Source: a virus (taxonomy: Duplodnaviria; Caudoviricetes). Taken from it: 64,000 nt of DNA. A program made the position numbers and the translations under genes. This document shows positions 1-8,319 of the stretch, piece by piece (positions within the stretch are counted from its first letter, which is position 1; each line of letters begins with the position of its first letter). Below the pieces are notes generated by a model. The model saw only the letters and a list, made by a program, of their open reading frames with translations, made no database searches and was not told where the DNA came from. The DNA lies in IMG/VR virus record IMGVR_UViG_3300037400_003843, positions 9,671 to 73,670 of that record. The stretch is one strand, 5' to 3'.

Positions 1-417
1 ACGAGTTTTGGCTCCATTCGAAAGTGCCTCCTCTGTATGCGACGCAGCTATAACCTTTTCCGCACTGCGATAAAAAGACTCTCGGTATCTCTGAATTGTT
101 ACTGGATTGTTGTGGTTTTCTTTTGTCGTAACCCACCTCAGGTTACTCGCGCGGTTATTCTTTGTGTCACCGTCAATGTGGTCAACCTCCGGCTTGCCAT
201 CAGGGTTTTCATGGAACGCCATCGCAATAAGCACATGTACGCGATATGTTTTAGGCGATCCGTTACGGCATAGCACGAGGCTATCGTACTTTCTTGTCCT
301 CCCAGATGGAGACATGACCAGAAGACGGCCGTATCTTATGCTACGGACCCTGCCAAGACTACTTGCCTGGTACAATCCCTCATAACCCGGGATGTCTTTC
401 CAAATTTCCTCTTCCAT
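1..417 (-). CDS. NUMOD4-HNH homing endonuclease (partial, runs off the window start; not in the ORF track)
   Basis: Manual translation from ATG at 417: MEEEIWKDIPGYEGLYQASSLGRVRS (NUMOD4) ... TYRVHVLIAMAF ... EVDHIDGDTKNNRASNLRW (HNH); open to position 1. Confidence 0.9.
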   Translation of the reverse strand, partial: MEEEIWKDIPGYEGLYQASSLGRVRSIRYGRLLVMSPSGRTRKYDSLVLCRNGSPKTYRVHVLIAMAFHENPDGKPEVDHIDGDTKNNRASNLRWVTTKENHNNPVTIQRYRESFYRSAEKVIAASHTEEALSNGAKTR

Positions 418-516
418 AGAAGCTGACAAATTTATGTTGGCTGACAAATAGAAAAGCAGGAAGGGCTGTCAGCTTACCTTTGTCGGCCGGTAGCTACTCC
501 GGCCTATCCTGCTTTG
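418..516 (-). ncRNA. Structured 5' leader of the NUMOD4-HNH gene (leader type II)
   Basis: Outer stem AAAGCAGGA/UCCUGCUUU; hairpin GGCCGG-AGUAGCUA-CCGGCC; GCUGACA complementary to two downstream UGUCAGC copies. Confidence 0.6.
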
Positions 517-524
517 CAAATATA
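517..524 (-). promoter_or_regulatory. Bacteroidetes sigma-A -7 element (TATATTTG)
   Basis: Matches TAnnTTTG, about 100 nt upstream of the HNH ATG. Confidence 0.75.
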
Positions 525-591
525 GCAATAATTTTACTTTCTGGCAAGCATATCGTCCAAATATGCCACGAACATTGCTATCAGGAACATA

Positions 592-963
592 CTACATTAT
601 GTTTACGGTTGAACCATCCGGGCAGATACAGGTAATGTGCCCGATTTCTTTCTCCCCTGCAGTTATATACCCGTCACCGGTATAGAAGTACCCGTAGACC
701 TCGAGCGTGATGTTATACTCGGCGCAGTACGGGTCGACGGTGTCGGCATGCTCCCACTCCGCGTCCGTCCAGTACTCGTCCCATAGGCACCTGGCCATGA
801 TCCTGTGATAGGCCGGAGAGAGCGTGAAGATAGCAAGGCAGAATAGGGCGAACTGGACCAGGGCGAAAACGACGCGCCAGGCAGTGCTATCCATAAAGAG
901 CGATACCGCGCCGACGATGGCGCTCAGGATGATGATTACATAGAAGGTTTTGTTCTGTTTCAT
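592..963 (-). CDS. Hypothetical membrane protein
   Basis: 123 aa, two N-terminal hydrophobic helices; co-oriented with the early arm. Confidence 0.65.
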   Translation of the reverse strand: MKQNKTFYVIIILSAIVGAVSLFMDSTAWRVVFALVQFALFCLAIFTLSPAYHRIMARCLWDEYWTDAEWEHADTVDPYCAEYNITLEVYGYFYTGDGYITAGEKEIGHITCICPDGSTVNIM

Positions 964-982
964 GGGTTATTGCTTTTTGAAG

Positions 983-1741
983 TCAAGATTGTGTTTTCTT
1001 TGCTTTCCTTGTGTATCCATGCTTCTGGTACGGCTCGATGTAAATAAGCCTGTGTGTCCATTCCCCGTCCTTCTTGTACGGCTGCATCTTGAAGTGTCCA
1101 CGGACGATGAAGCCTTCTTTTCTGATGATGGTCCGGAACCATGAGCAGTCGGTATAGCTTACGGTGATGTCGGACTCGACCAGGATCTTCTCTCCGTCCG
1201 GGGCCTTTACCTTCTTGTTCATTTTCGCCTCGACCGTCTCGACGTCAGCGTACTTCTTGAATAGGTGGAAGAACAGCGGGTAGTAATCGTAACTCTCCGC
1301 CTGGATGTCCTGCCCGAGCTTTCCCATGTAATCCCTTGGCACTAGATAACTGTCGGAGCCGGTATTGATGGCCACGAGGTGCTCTCCGCAGCAGGTAAGT
1401 GCCTTGTGTCCGACATCTCCGTTCGGGGACATCTTAAAGTAGTAGAGTGTGACCCACCGACCCACGATGAGGCATCCGTAGATGGGCTCGCGGAGGATTT
1501 CCCTAAGCGTCTCGTGCGTCAGGATTTTTTCCCGGTTCATCCATGCTGCCCTGATGAACGGCATAGACACGGCGTCAACATGCTCTCTGAATATCGGTGC
1601 GGTATCGTGTGGGTCCTGGAAGAAGTCGTCGAACATTTCCCACGCTTTCTTTTCTTCGCCAGCTGGAATCTTGAGACCGATACCGGCATCTGGATTGTGA
1701 AGATATCCGAGGATTGGGTACTTTTCAAAACTGATTTTCAT
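983..1741 (-). CDS. Hypothetical early protein
   Basis: Long ORF; likely start MKISFEK at 1741 (track start 1804). Confidence 0.7.
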   Translation of the reverse strand: MKISFEKYPILGYLHNPDAGIGLKIPAGEEKKAWEMFDDFFQDPHDTAPIFREHVDAVSMPFIRAAWMNREKILTHETLREILREPIYGCLIVGRWVTLYYFKMSPNGDVGHKALTCCGEHLVAINTGSDSYLVPRDYMGKLGQDIQAESYDYYPLFFHLFKKYADVETVEAKMNKKVKAPDGEKILVESDITVSYTDCSWFRTIIRKEGFIVRGHFKMQPYKKDGEWTHRLIYIEPYQKHGYTRKAKKTQS

Positions 1742-1816
1742 AGCGCTACCTTTTTTCGTTGAACAGTTCCGGTATAAACGCCAGGGCGCATAATATGTAG
1801 ACAATGATGAACATGG

Positions 1817-2089
1817 CTACATCTCCGTCTTAATTCTCTTAACATAGGCCTCCAGGCAGGTCAGCTCTTCCTCGAGCTCTCCGGCGGTCCCGATAGAGGA
1901 GAATTCGAACTGGCGGACAATCTCGAGCTCCTCGAAAACCGTCAAATCGAAACTGACGTGTCCGTCGCCATTGTGCACACCGCAGTCCAGATGGCACGTG
2001 CGGCCAGTCTTGACGATTTCTATCTGCATGGGCTGGACCTTTGCGAGCGTCTCCAGCATGACGCTGTCGGGAAGATAACTTGTCTCCAT
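1817..2089 (-). CDS. Hypothetical protein
   Basis: ORF in the early arm; ATG start METSYL after an A-rich leader. Confidence 0.6.
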   Translation of the reverse strand: METSYLPDSVMLETLAKVQPMQIEIVKTGRTCHLDCGVHNGDGHVSFDLTVFEELEIVRQFEFSSIGTAGELEEELTCLEAYVKRIKTEM

Positions 2090-2189
2090 TGCTTTGTTTT
2101 TTTTAAGTAACACTTGCTACAAGAACTATGCCACTACTTAAGGCGAGTGACGGAACCTACGGAATTTTGGTCGTCTGTTGTGTTCATGG

Positions 2190-2429
2190 CTATGCTTTTT
2201 CAGTGCAAATGTTATGGTAAAAATCAATGGCTGCTTTCTCGACTGTATCTCCAAAACCGGCGATTCCCTCTTGGAGATTGTCGCCGAAAAGGAAACACCA
2301 CTGATTACCGTCCTTGAAGGGCTTCAATCCAAGAGAATGAATGCAGGACCACATGCAGAGTGGCGTCATAAAATCGCTGTACCGGCCGTCAAAAAGGTCA
2401 ATAAAAAAGTTCCTATCTTCTGTTTCCAT
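2190..2429 (-). CDS. Hypothetical protein, possibly HicB-like fold
   Basis: CFLFGDNLQEGIAGFGDTVEKA resembles the HicB-type G-x-T-x-E-x-A pattern; weak. Confidence 0.5.
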   Translation of the reverse strand: METEDRNFFIDLFDGRYSDFMTPLCMWSCIHSLGLKPFKDGNQWCFLFGDNLQEGIAGFGDTVEKAAIDFYHNICTEKA

Positions 2430-2431
2430 AG

Positions 2432-2614
2432 CTAAAACGCTGTAAAGATTTCTAATAAGTTCTGGACTCTGCTCTTTTCGTGGAGGCAGTCCATCTGGGC
2501 CTCTTTGTTACCTCCGTCGCGGTATGCTTCGGACATTTTGTAGAGCTTGTCGATACGGTCGCGCATCGAGTCGATGAGGATCTGCTGCTCCTCTGGAAGA
2601 AGGTTGATTGTCAT
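2432..2614 (-). CDS. Hypothetical protein
   Basis: 60 aa, tightly packed with neighbours. Confidence 0.6.
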   Translation of the reverse strand: MTINLLPEEQQILIDSMRDRIDKLYKMSEAYRDGGNKEAQMDCLHEKSRVQNLLEIFTAF

Positions 2615-2805
2615 AACTTTACCTGTGCTATTGTGTGGAAGTTTACGCCTTGTGTCTTGACATCGTAGGCGTTTATAACTGTGGCGGTGTATCCAGTCTT
2701 TATGAGATACTCCTTGCGCTCTTTGGCCGCGTACTCTGATGCAGTCAGTTCTGGCTGCGAGAAGATAGGCCCAGGCTTTATTGGTGTTATAAGGTAGATT
2801 TTCAT
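2611..2805 (-). CDS. Hypothetical protein
   Basis: 64 aa, 4-nt start/stop overlaps on both sides. Confidence 0.6.
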   Translation of the reverse strand: MKIYLITPIKPGPIFSQPELTASEYAAKERKEYLIKTGYTATVINAYDVKTQGVNFHTIAQVKL

Positions 2806-2966
2806 TTTGCTGTTGTGTTAAGTCTGTTCATCCAGTTCTGCAGTTCCTTCTTGGTAAGGGCTCCGGAAATCTGCATCGCTTTTGCTTCTTCAAGGATTTC
2901 CGATTTGGGCCGGCCACGAAGAATAATGGCAAGCACTTTCTTGCGGCTTACTCTCTTCTTGCCCAT
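2802..2966 (-). CDS. Small basic protein with an RGRP (AT-hook-like) motif
   Basis: Manual translation MGKKRVSRKKVLAIILRGRPKSEILEE...; 54 aa; ATGA overlap with the next gene. Confidence 0.55.
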   Translation of the reverse strand: MGKKRVSRKKVLAIILRGRPKSEILEEAKAMQISGALTKKELQNWMNRLNTTAK

Positions 2967-2969
2967 CTC

Positions 2970-3170
2970 CTATGCCTCCACCACTTTTCCGTTAATGTAT
3001 AGAGATACCTTGTTGGCGTGGATAGCCACTGCAGTAATCTCGCTGTCCTCGCAGGTCTCGTCATTGACGCATACCGGCGTATCTTTATCTACGACAGCCG
3101 ACAGTACCTCTTCGAGCTGGCCGACAGTCAAGGGAATATCCGTGTATGCCAGTCCATCCATTATGATCAT
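2970..3170 (-). CDS. Hypothetical protein
   Basis: 66 aa, packed in the operon. Confidence 0.6.
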   Translation of the reverse strand: MIIMDGLAYTDIPLTVGQLEEVLSAVVDKDTPVCVNDETCEDSEITAVAIHANKVSLYINGKVVEA

Positions 3171-3173
3171 ATC

Positions 3174-3479
3174 CTACCCCTCCACCAATCCGATGAACTC
3201 CGTGCAGGTGAAGCAGCGCCACAGACCCTTCTCCACGTCAAAGAACCGGATGATGCTGGCCGGTTCCGGCTTGGACTCACCCTTCGGTTCCCAGATGGTG
3301 CCGTCTTCCTGAACCATCAGGGCTCTCTTCAGGGTGCCCAGGGCGTCGCGGATGCTTCCGTCCTTCTTCTTGAATTGGAACTTGACGGCCTGCTCCATCA
3401 TCTTCTCCTGGAGCTTCATGATTTCGTCGGCCTTGAATCCATCAATGCCGAGGCTTACTAATTCTTCATGTGTTTTCAT
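3174..3479 (-). CDS. SH3-fold / WYL_2 (DUF2693-like) phage protein
   Basis: FQFKKKDGSIRDALGTL ... FFDVEKGLWRCF matches the family pattern F-x-K-x-DG-x-x-R-x-A-x-GT ... D-x-E-K-x-x-WR-x-F. Confidence 0.75.
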   Translation of the reverse strand: MKTHEELVSLGIDGFKADEIMKLQEKMMEQAVKFQFKKKDGSIRDALGTLKRALMVQEDGTIWEPKGESKPEPASIIRFFDVEKGLWRCFTCTEFIGLVEG

Positions 3480-3512
3480 CTTGCTTGTGTTTTTAAAAGT
3501 TAATTTTCTTTT

Positions 3513-3743
3513 CTATTCCTCCACTATCTTCAGTTGATCCTCGAGAACCTTGATGTGCTTTCTGATTGAATCAGCATTCTCGAATACTCGCCATCCACCG
3601 CGAAGTCCGTTCGCGATAGCAGCACGCTGTACGGACTGGAAGTTCGTCTGCAGGAATTTCGCTGCAGCGTTGATGCTTTTGAACTCCTTCTTCTCTCTTG
3701 TCGTCTCATTAATGAGGACGATTCCGATGTTTAAATAACTCAT
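3513..3743 (-). CDS. NUMOD1-like DNA-binding protein
   Basis: EFKSINAAAKFLQTNFQSVQRA resembles the NUMOD1 helix-turn-helix. Confidence 0.55.
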   Translation of the reverse strand: MSYLNIGIVLINETTREKKEFKSINAAAKFLQTNFQSVQRAAIANGLRGGWRVFENADSIRKHIKVLEDQLKIVEE

Positions 3744-3889
3744 TTTGTTTTACCAATTATTAAGTTAATGTACTGGACCCACTGTGCTGCGGAATCGAAC
3801 TTGCGCCACTTGCCATCAATCTCGCTTTTATAGCCACGCCCCCATTCGTAGAGGGCGTAGCCTTCGTATGTCAGAATTGCCTTGTTCAT
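3740..3889 (-). CDS. Small hypothetical protein (49 aa)
   Basis: Manual translation MNKAILTYEGYALYEWGRGYKSEIDGKWRKFDSAAQW...; 4-nt overlaps with both neighbours. Confidence 0.6.
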   Translation of the reverse strand: MNKAILTYEGYALYEWGRGYKSEIDGKWRKFDSAAQWVQYINLIIGKTK

Positions 3890-4161
3890 CTGTCAATCGC
3901 CTCTTGGATGCTGTCGATTGTTTCCTGGATGGTGTCGGCCAGGTCCTCCATGTTGCTGATGGCCTCGTCCATGTTGTCGATGTTCTCCTGCATGGCGTCT
4001 CCCTTCTCGCCTTCCTGCATGCTCTCTGGCAGGTTATCGTAGCACTCCTCTTCTTCGTCCTTGCAGGACTCTACCGTGGACTTGGCTTCCTCTATGGCAG
4101 ACTTGGCTTCTTCGAGTTTGCCGATTGCTTCACTCAGCGCTTTTCTTCTCTCTTTGTTCAT
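3886..4161 (-). CDS. Small, highly acidic helical protein
   Basis: 91 aa, about 28 D/E versus about 10 K/R. Confidence 0.7.
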   Translation of the reverse strand: MNKERRKALSEAIGKLEEAKSAIEEAKSTVESCKDEEEECYDNLPESMQEGEKGDAMQENIDNMDEAISNMEDLADTIQETIDSIQEAIDR

Positions 4162-4291
4162 CGCTTTCGCTTTTAATGATTACACATACGAGCACCGCTA
4201 TACTCAGAAGGAGCGGGCACTCAACGCTCCACCAGGCTCCGTGGTAGGCGATTACCGCCAGTGCTACGGCTATTGTCAGTAAATATTTCAT
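4130..4291 (-). CDS. Small two-helix membrane protein (53 aa)
   Basis: Manual translation MKYLLTIAVALAVIAYHGAWWSVECPLLLSIAVLVCVIIK... Confidence 0.5.
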   Translation of the reverse strand: MKYLLTIAVALAVIAYHGAWWSVECPLLLSIAVLVCVIIKSESDEQREKKSAE

Positions 4292-4311
4292 AGTTTTATA
4301 CTATGCAAATT

Positions 4312-4767
4312 CTATGCCACTGAATGTTCCTTGACAAGATTTTTGATGATGTCTTCTGCGGTGGGGACATCGTCCTCATAGTTTGTCCAAAAGGACTCAA
4401 AGGTCTTACCGTCCTTGCTCGTAAGCCAGTAGAGGTCAACCGGGAAGAGCGGGCATCCATTCAGGCCTTCGTGGATGTCCAGCCAGTATGCGAGCTTAGC
4501 CTCGAACTCGTAGTCATTAGTCTGGCCGTAGTACTCCCTCTTACACGCCTGGCGGAAATCCTCATCCTTCCACAGCTCCTCAACCGGAGGATAGCGAAGC
4601 TCCGTGTACGGGTCCCCGGGCTCCCAGGCGTAGTGAACGAGGATGACGATTGTGCCGTCATCGAGCACTTTACCGGCCCTCTCTCTAGTGGACTCATATT
4701 CCACTTCCAGCCCCAACTCCTTGAGCCGGGCCTCGAATTTCTCTTGTGCTGTCATGATTAGCTCCAT
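4312..4767 (-). CDS. Hypothetical acidic protein
   Basis: 151 aa ORF in the early arm. Confidence 0.7.
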   Translation of the reverse strand: MELIMTAQEKFEARLKELGLEVEYESTRERAGKVLDDGTIVILVHYAWEPGDPYTELRYPPVEELWKDEDFRQACKREYYGQTNDYEFEAKLAYWLDIHEGLNGCPLFPVDLYWLTSKDGKTFESFWTNYEDDVPTAEDIIKNLVKEHSVA

Positions 4768-5054
4768 TTATAGTGTTCTACCATTATGTTCATCTTGAAC
4801 TTGATGTCCACGCCGGAGAACTGCTCGCGGATGGACTGCTTTGCGAAATCAATAGCTGAGTCTTTCTTACTACGACGAGCGGTCTCGTAAAGGAACCCGC
4901 CCCTCGGCGTATAGATGAAGTAAAGCGGGCCGTCAAACTCCCGCTTGCTCTTCTTGTCTACCTCTGCCAGGACTTGACCCGACTGCTTGTCATTGAACCT
5001 CCAATACTTTCCGTATGGGTTCGTGCATTCTGTGATGATGATTGTTGCTTCCAT
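4758..5054 (-). CDS. Hypothetical protein
   Basis: 98 aa ORF, packed. Confidence 0.65.
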   Translation of the reverse strand: MEATIIITECTNPYGKYWRFNDKQSGQVLAEVDKKSKREFDGPLYFIYTPRGGFLYETARRSKKDSAIDFAKQSIREQFSGVDIKFKMNIMVEHYKWS

Positions 5055-5057
5055 GAT

Positions 5058-5204
5058 TTACTCGGTCTCGTTAAACATTTTGATAAGTTTTGCGCGGATG
5101 TCCTTGTAAAGGTCAATCCAGCAACTATTCTCCGACTCGTGGATTTTACGGTTGACGAGATTGATGAGCTCGTCCAACTCGTTAAGCTCTAACTTTGTTT
5201 CCAT
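5058..5204 (-). CDS. Small hypothetical protein (48 aa)
   Basis: Manual translation METKLELNELDELINLVNRKIHESE...; fills the gap between neighbours. Confidence 0.55.
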   Translation of the reverse strand: METKLELNELDELINLVNRKIHESENSCWIDLYKDIRAKLIKMFNETE

Positions 5205-5205
5205 A

Positions 5206-5922
5206 TCAGTGTGCTTCAAATAAGATTCTTTCTCCGTTTTTCAGACTCCAGCAGCCCTCGTCCTTTACGGCACAGGCTGAACAATCTCCGCCACACCATA
5301 TACCGCTCGGTACAAGCTCTCCCTTCCAGACCGGCCTCGAGGTCGGCAGGTTGTGCGGATTGAATACATCCAGACCGCGCCACTCGCTGAAGATGATGTG
5401 CAGGTTCTCTGGAAGCGGTCCGTTGTCGTCAATCCATCTGTTGACGATTCCAAACTGCTTCGTGAACGCAAGCACCTGGCAGTGAGGGTTCTTCTTGGAC
5501 ACCTCAACCATAGAATCGAAGAACTCTTCGCTCAAGATATCTCCCGAAACGAAAAACCGGAACCACTTATTCTTCTTCATCTCCCCGTCCACCTCTCGGA
5601 AGAACTTCTCCGGCTCCCTCCTGGCGATTGCACTGTTATTGGCAAATGCGGCTCGGCTTGCCTTATAGCAGGCAATGTTTCTCGCTGCATAGCAGCCCCT
5701 CGCACAGCAGGCGCAGTTTGCGCCACAATCGGCAATCGGGATAAGCGATACCGACGGTACAAGGTTGCCCGTCTTACGGTTGCCGTAACTGAACTTTACA
5801 TGGGCGTTCTCCACATCTACCTCGCCCCGCATCTCCACCATCTCTTTTACCCGCCCCTGGATGGTTTCGTTCTTGAATTCACAATACTGGTGCTTGCCAG
5901 TGAGTTTTGCGTGTGTGCTCAT
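5206..5922 (-). CDS. Gp88-like cysteine-rich phage protein (radical-SAM-like)
   Basis: GNRKTG, SVSLIP, C-x3-C-x2-C-x3-CYA, FRFFVSGD, FTK, C-terminal CGGDCSAC...CW pattern. Confidence 0.7.
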   Translation of the reverse strand: MSTHAKLTGKHQYCEFKNETIQGRVKEMVEMRGEVDVENAHVKFSYGNRKTGNLVPSVSLIPIADCGANCACCARGCYAARNIACYKASRAAFANNSAIARREPEKFFREVDGEMKKNKWFRFFVSGDILSEEFFDSMVEVSKKNPHCQVLAFTKQFGIVNRWIDDNGPLPENLHIIFSEWRGLDVFNPHNLPTSRPVWKGELVPSGIWCGGDCSACAVKDEGCWSLKNGERILFEAH

Positions 5923-5926
5923 AGTG

Positions 5927-6121
5927 TTAGCCCTCCATAAGTTCTAATTTTACTTTATCATACATTGGTTTTGTCACCCAGATAACTGCTCCGGGTACTT
6001 CGATGCGATGACGGGTCAATCCGTCTATTGTGTTTCTCTCGGGGCGCATATAGTAGATGTGGTCGACATTTACTACGTAGTCGACTCCCGCATCGCTGCG
6101 AATCTCTATGAACTTTGCCAT
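5927..6121 (-). CDS. Hypothetical protein
   Basis: 64 aa ORF. Confidence 0.6.
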   Translation of the reverse strand: MAKFIEIRSDAGVDYVVNVDHIYYMRPERNTIDGLTRHRIEVPGAVIWVTKPMYDKVKLELMEG

Positions 6122-6123
6122 AA

Positions 6124-6414
6124 CTATTCGTTGATTATTTTACGTACGTCATCCCAGTCTACATTTAAGACTCGAGTCCATCGACCACCTTCGTCAAGTT
6201 TCTCGTCATTGAAGTCTTTCTCAAATTCAGCAGCCGACATGATATTGTACTTGCTCAGAGGATTATATCCACTTAGTTCCACGTAATAAAACAGAACATC
6301 CATCTCGTCACGTTTGTGCCAAAGGATGTCAAATGCGTCACGGTCAGAAACATCGTCAAATGCGTGGCGCCCAACCTCGCGGTCAAAAATCGACCAAAAT
6401 GCTAAGATTGTCAT
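6124..6414 (-). CDS. Hypothetical protein
   Basis: ATG start 2 nt after the SSB stop codon. Confidence 0.6.
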   Translation of the reverse strand: MTILAFWSIFDREVGRHAFDDVSDRDAFDILWHKRDEMDVLFYYVELSGYNPLSKYNIMSAAEFEKDFNDEKLDEGGRWTRVLNVDWDDVRKIINE

Positions 6415-6416
6415 GG

Positions 6417-6707
6417 CTACCAAATTCGATTTACTTTAACTTCATAGAACTGCCGAGGCTGATTGTCCTCGCCGGTGTAGGTCTGTCCACGCATCGTACC
6501 GTCCAGGTGGATATCCTTTCCCTTTTCCACATCGCAGTCGCCCCAGTATACGCAGTTGAACCAGGTCGTGCTGACGGTCGCTCCTGCTCCGCCACGATAT
6601 ACAGTGTCAACGGCAACGCTGAATCGCACAACGCGCTCATTTCCAATTGTCTGCTCGTGGACCGCACCAACACGACCTACGAGTTCGATTTTGCTTAAGT
6701 GTTCCAT
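6417..6707 (-). CDS. ssb: Single-stranded DNA-binding protein (OB fold, no acidic tail)
   Basis: IELVGRVG ... VRFSVAV ... TTWFNCVYWG ... KGKDIHLDG ... QTYTG ... YEVKV; start MEHLSK at 6707. Confidence 0.8.
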   Translation of the reverse strand: MEHLSKIELVGRVGAVHEQTIGNERVVRFSVAVDTVYRGGAGATVSTTWFNCVYWGDCDVEKGKDIHLDGTMRGQTYTGEDNQPRQFYEVKVNRIW

Positions 6708-6842
6708 AATGTTAGAATATGTAGTGAAACTGTCTGTCTTCCGGCGTGTCTTTCGTCTCCTTGAGGACATAGCACCAGAGCGTTTGACACCTCGCTCCGT
6801 ACCAGGTTTCACGGGCGATGTGGTATCCCTTCTTCTTGTCCA

Positions 6843-8315
6843 TTAGATTGTCCTCCTGTCTAAAAATCTGTACGATGCCGCCTCCGCTATATGCACCGTC
6901 CTCACTGACTCCGCACCCTCAAGGTCGGCTATCGTCATCGCTATCTTCAGCATCCGGCTCCATGCCCTCGCTGAAAGTCCGAGCCTCTCCACTATCGTCT
7001 CCGCGAACTGCAGCACCTCGTTGTTAGTCGGCACATACTCCGCCAACTCCTGGGCGCTCAGTTCGTCATTGAGCTTGCCCTGCCTTGCAATCTGGCGCTC
7101 CCGAGCCTTCCGCACTCGCTCCGCCACGACCGCAGCAGGCTCGCCTGCCGTACCGCTCACGTCCGGATGCACCCAGAGCTGCACAGTCAGCCTGTCGAAG
7201 ACCGGCCCCGACATCCTTGACAGATACGCCACCCTCTGCCCGGTTGTGCAGGTACAGCGGTCGCCCTCTCCATAGTACCCGCATGGGCAGGGATTCGTCC
7301 CCACCACCAGCTGGAACCTTGCAGGATACTCGACCTTGCTCTTCAACCGGCTGATTACGACCTTGCCGTCCTCCAGCGGACCTCTCAAGGCCTCATACTT
7401 CACCTTCGGATACTCGGCGAACTCGTCGAGGTACAGCACCCCGTTGTGGGCCAGACTGACCTCGCCCGGCTTGATGCCTTCCCCCCAGCCACCTCCAAGC
7501 AGCGCTGCCATGCTCGCCGAAGCGTGCGGCGCTCTGAACGGCCTCTGTCGCTGCTCGTACTTGCCGGCCACTGAATAAATCTTCGCGACCTCCATCGCCT
7601 CCTCTTTCGTCATCGGTGGCAGAATGTCCAACATCGCTTTCGCCAGAGCAGTCCTGCCGCTCCCCGGCGCTCCCATCATAAAGACGGGATGGCCGCCTGC
7701 AGCAGCAATCTCCAAGGCTCGCTTCGACCCGTTCTGGCCCGTAATCCTGTCCCACCAGCCCTCGGGCGCCGGCTGCTCGTCCACATCGCCCGGAACCCTC
7801 GCACATGTCAGCGTATTGACCACTGCAATCGCCTCGTCCAGATGGTTCACATAGTACACCGGCTTATAGTCGTCGAACAGTCCTTCGACCTCTGCCGCAT
7901 TCGCCCTCGGTACGATAACCCCGTAGCCCTGGTCCTTCGCCGCCTGCACTGCCTGCACCACGCCCGGCACCTCTCGGATATGTCCGTCCAGAGCCAGTTC
8001 GCCCAGGACAACAAAACTCTCGAGGAAATCCGCAGAAGACTGCCCGCTCTCCGCAATCATGCTCAGCGCTATGGCCAGATCGTACCAGCTGCCCTCCTTG
8101 GTCAGGTCGGCCGGAGCAAGGTTGATAACGATTTTCTTGCCAGGAATACGATATCCGCAAGCCTGCATCGCCGTTACTGTCCGCAGCAGCGAGCACTTCA
8201 CCGCCTCGTCGGCCAGTCCAACCAGGTGGATGCCGATACCCGGAGTCACTTCGCATTCTACTTTCACAGGCACGTAGTCCACGCCCTGCAACTTAATGGT
8301 GTTTGTCGTTCTCAT
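6843..8315 (-). CDS. comM: YifB/ComM-family AAA+ ATPase (Mg-chelatase-like)
   Basis: INLAPADLTKEGSWYDLAIA, PFRAPHASAS, PGEVSLAHNGVLYLDE, NPCPCGY, SGPVFDR; Walker A is GAPGSGRT. Confidence 0.92.
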   Translation of the reverse strand: MRTTNTIKLQGVDYVPVKVECEVTPGIGIHLVGLADEAVKCSLLRTVTAMQACGYRIPGKKIVINLAPADLTKEGSWYDLAIALSMIAESGQSSADFLESFVVLGELALDGHIREVPGVVQAVQAAKDQGYGVIVPRANAAEVEGLFDDYKPVYYVNHLDEAIAVVNTLTCARVPGDVDEQPAPEGWWDRITGQNGSKRALEIAAAGGHPVFMMGAPGSGRTALAKAMLDILPPMTKEEAMEVAKIYSVAGKYEQRQRPFRAPHASASMAALLGGGWGEGIKPGEVSLAHNGVLYLDEFAEYPKVKYEALRGPLEDGKVVISRLKSKVEYPARFQLVVGTNPCPCGYYGEGDRCTCTTGQRVAYLSRMSGPVFDRLTVQLWVHPDVSGTAGEPAAVVAERVRKARERQIARQGKLNDELSAQELAEYVPTNNEVLQFAETIVERLGLSARAWSRMLKIAMTIADLEGAESVRTVHIAEAASYRFLDRRTI

Positions 8316-8319
8316 AATG

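Noticed and set aside
3785-3815. tRNA T-loop-like GTTCGATTCC on the - strand
   Set aside because: The stem does not pair, and the sequence lies inside a well-packed 49-aa ORF (3740-3889, WRKFDSAAQW).
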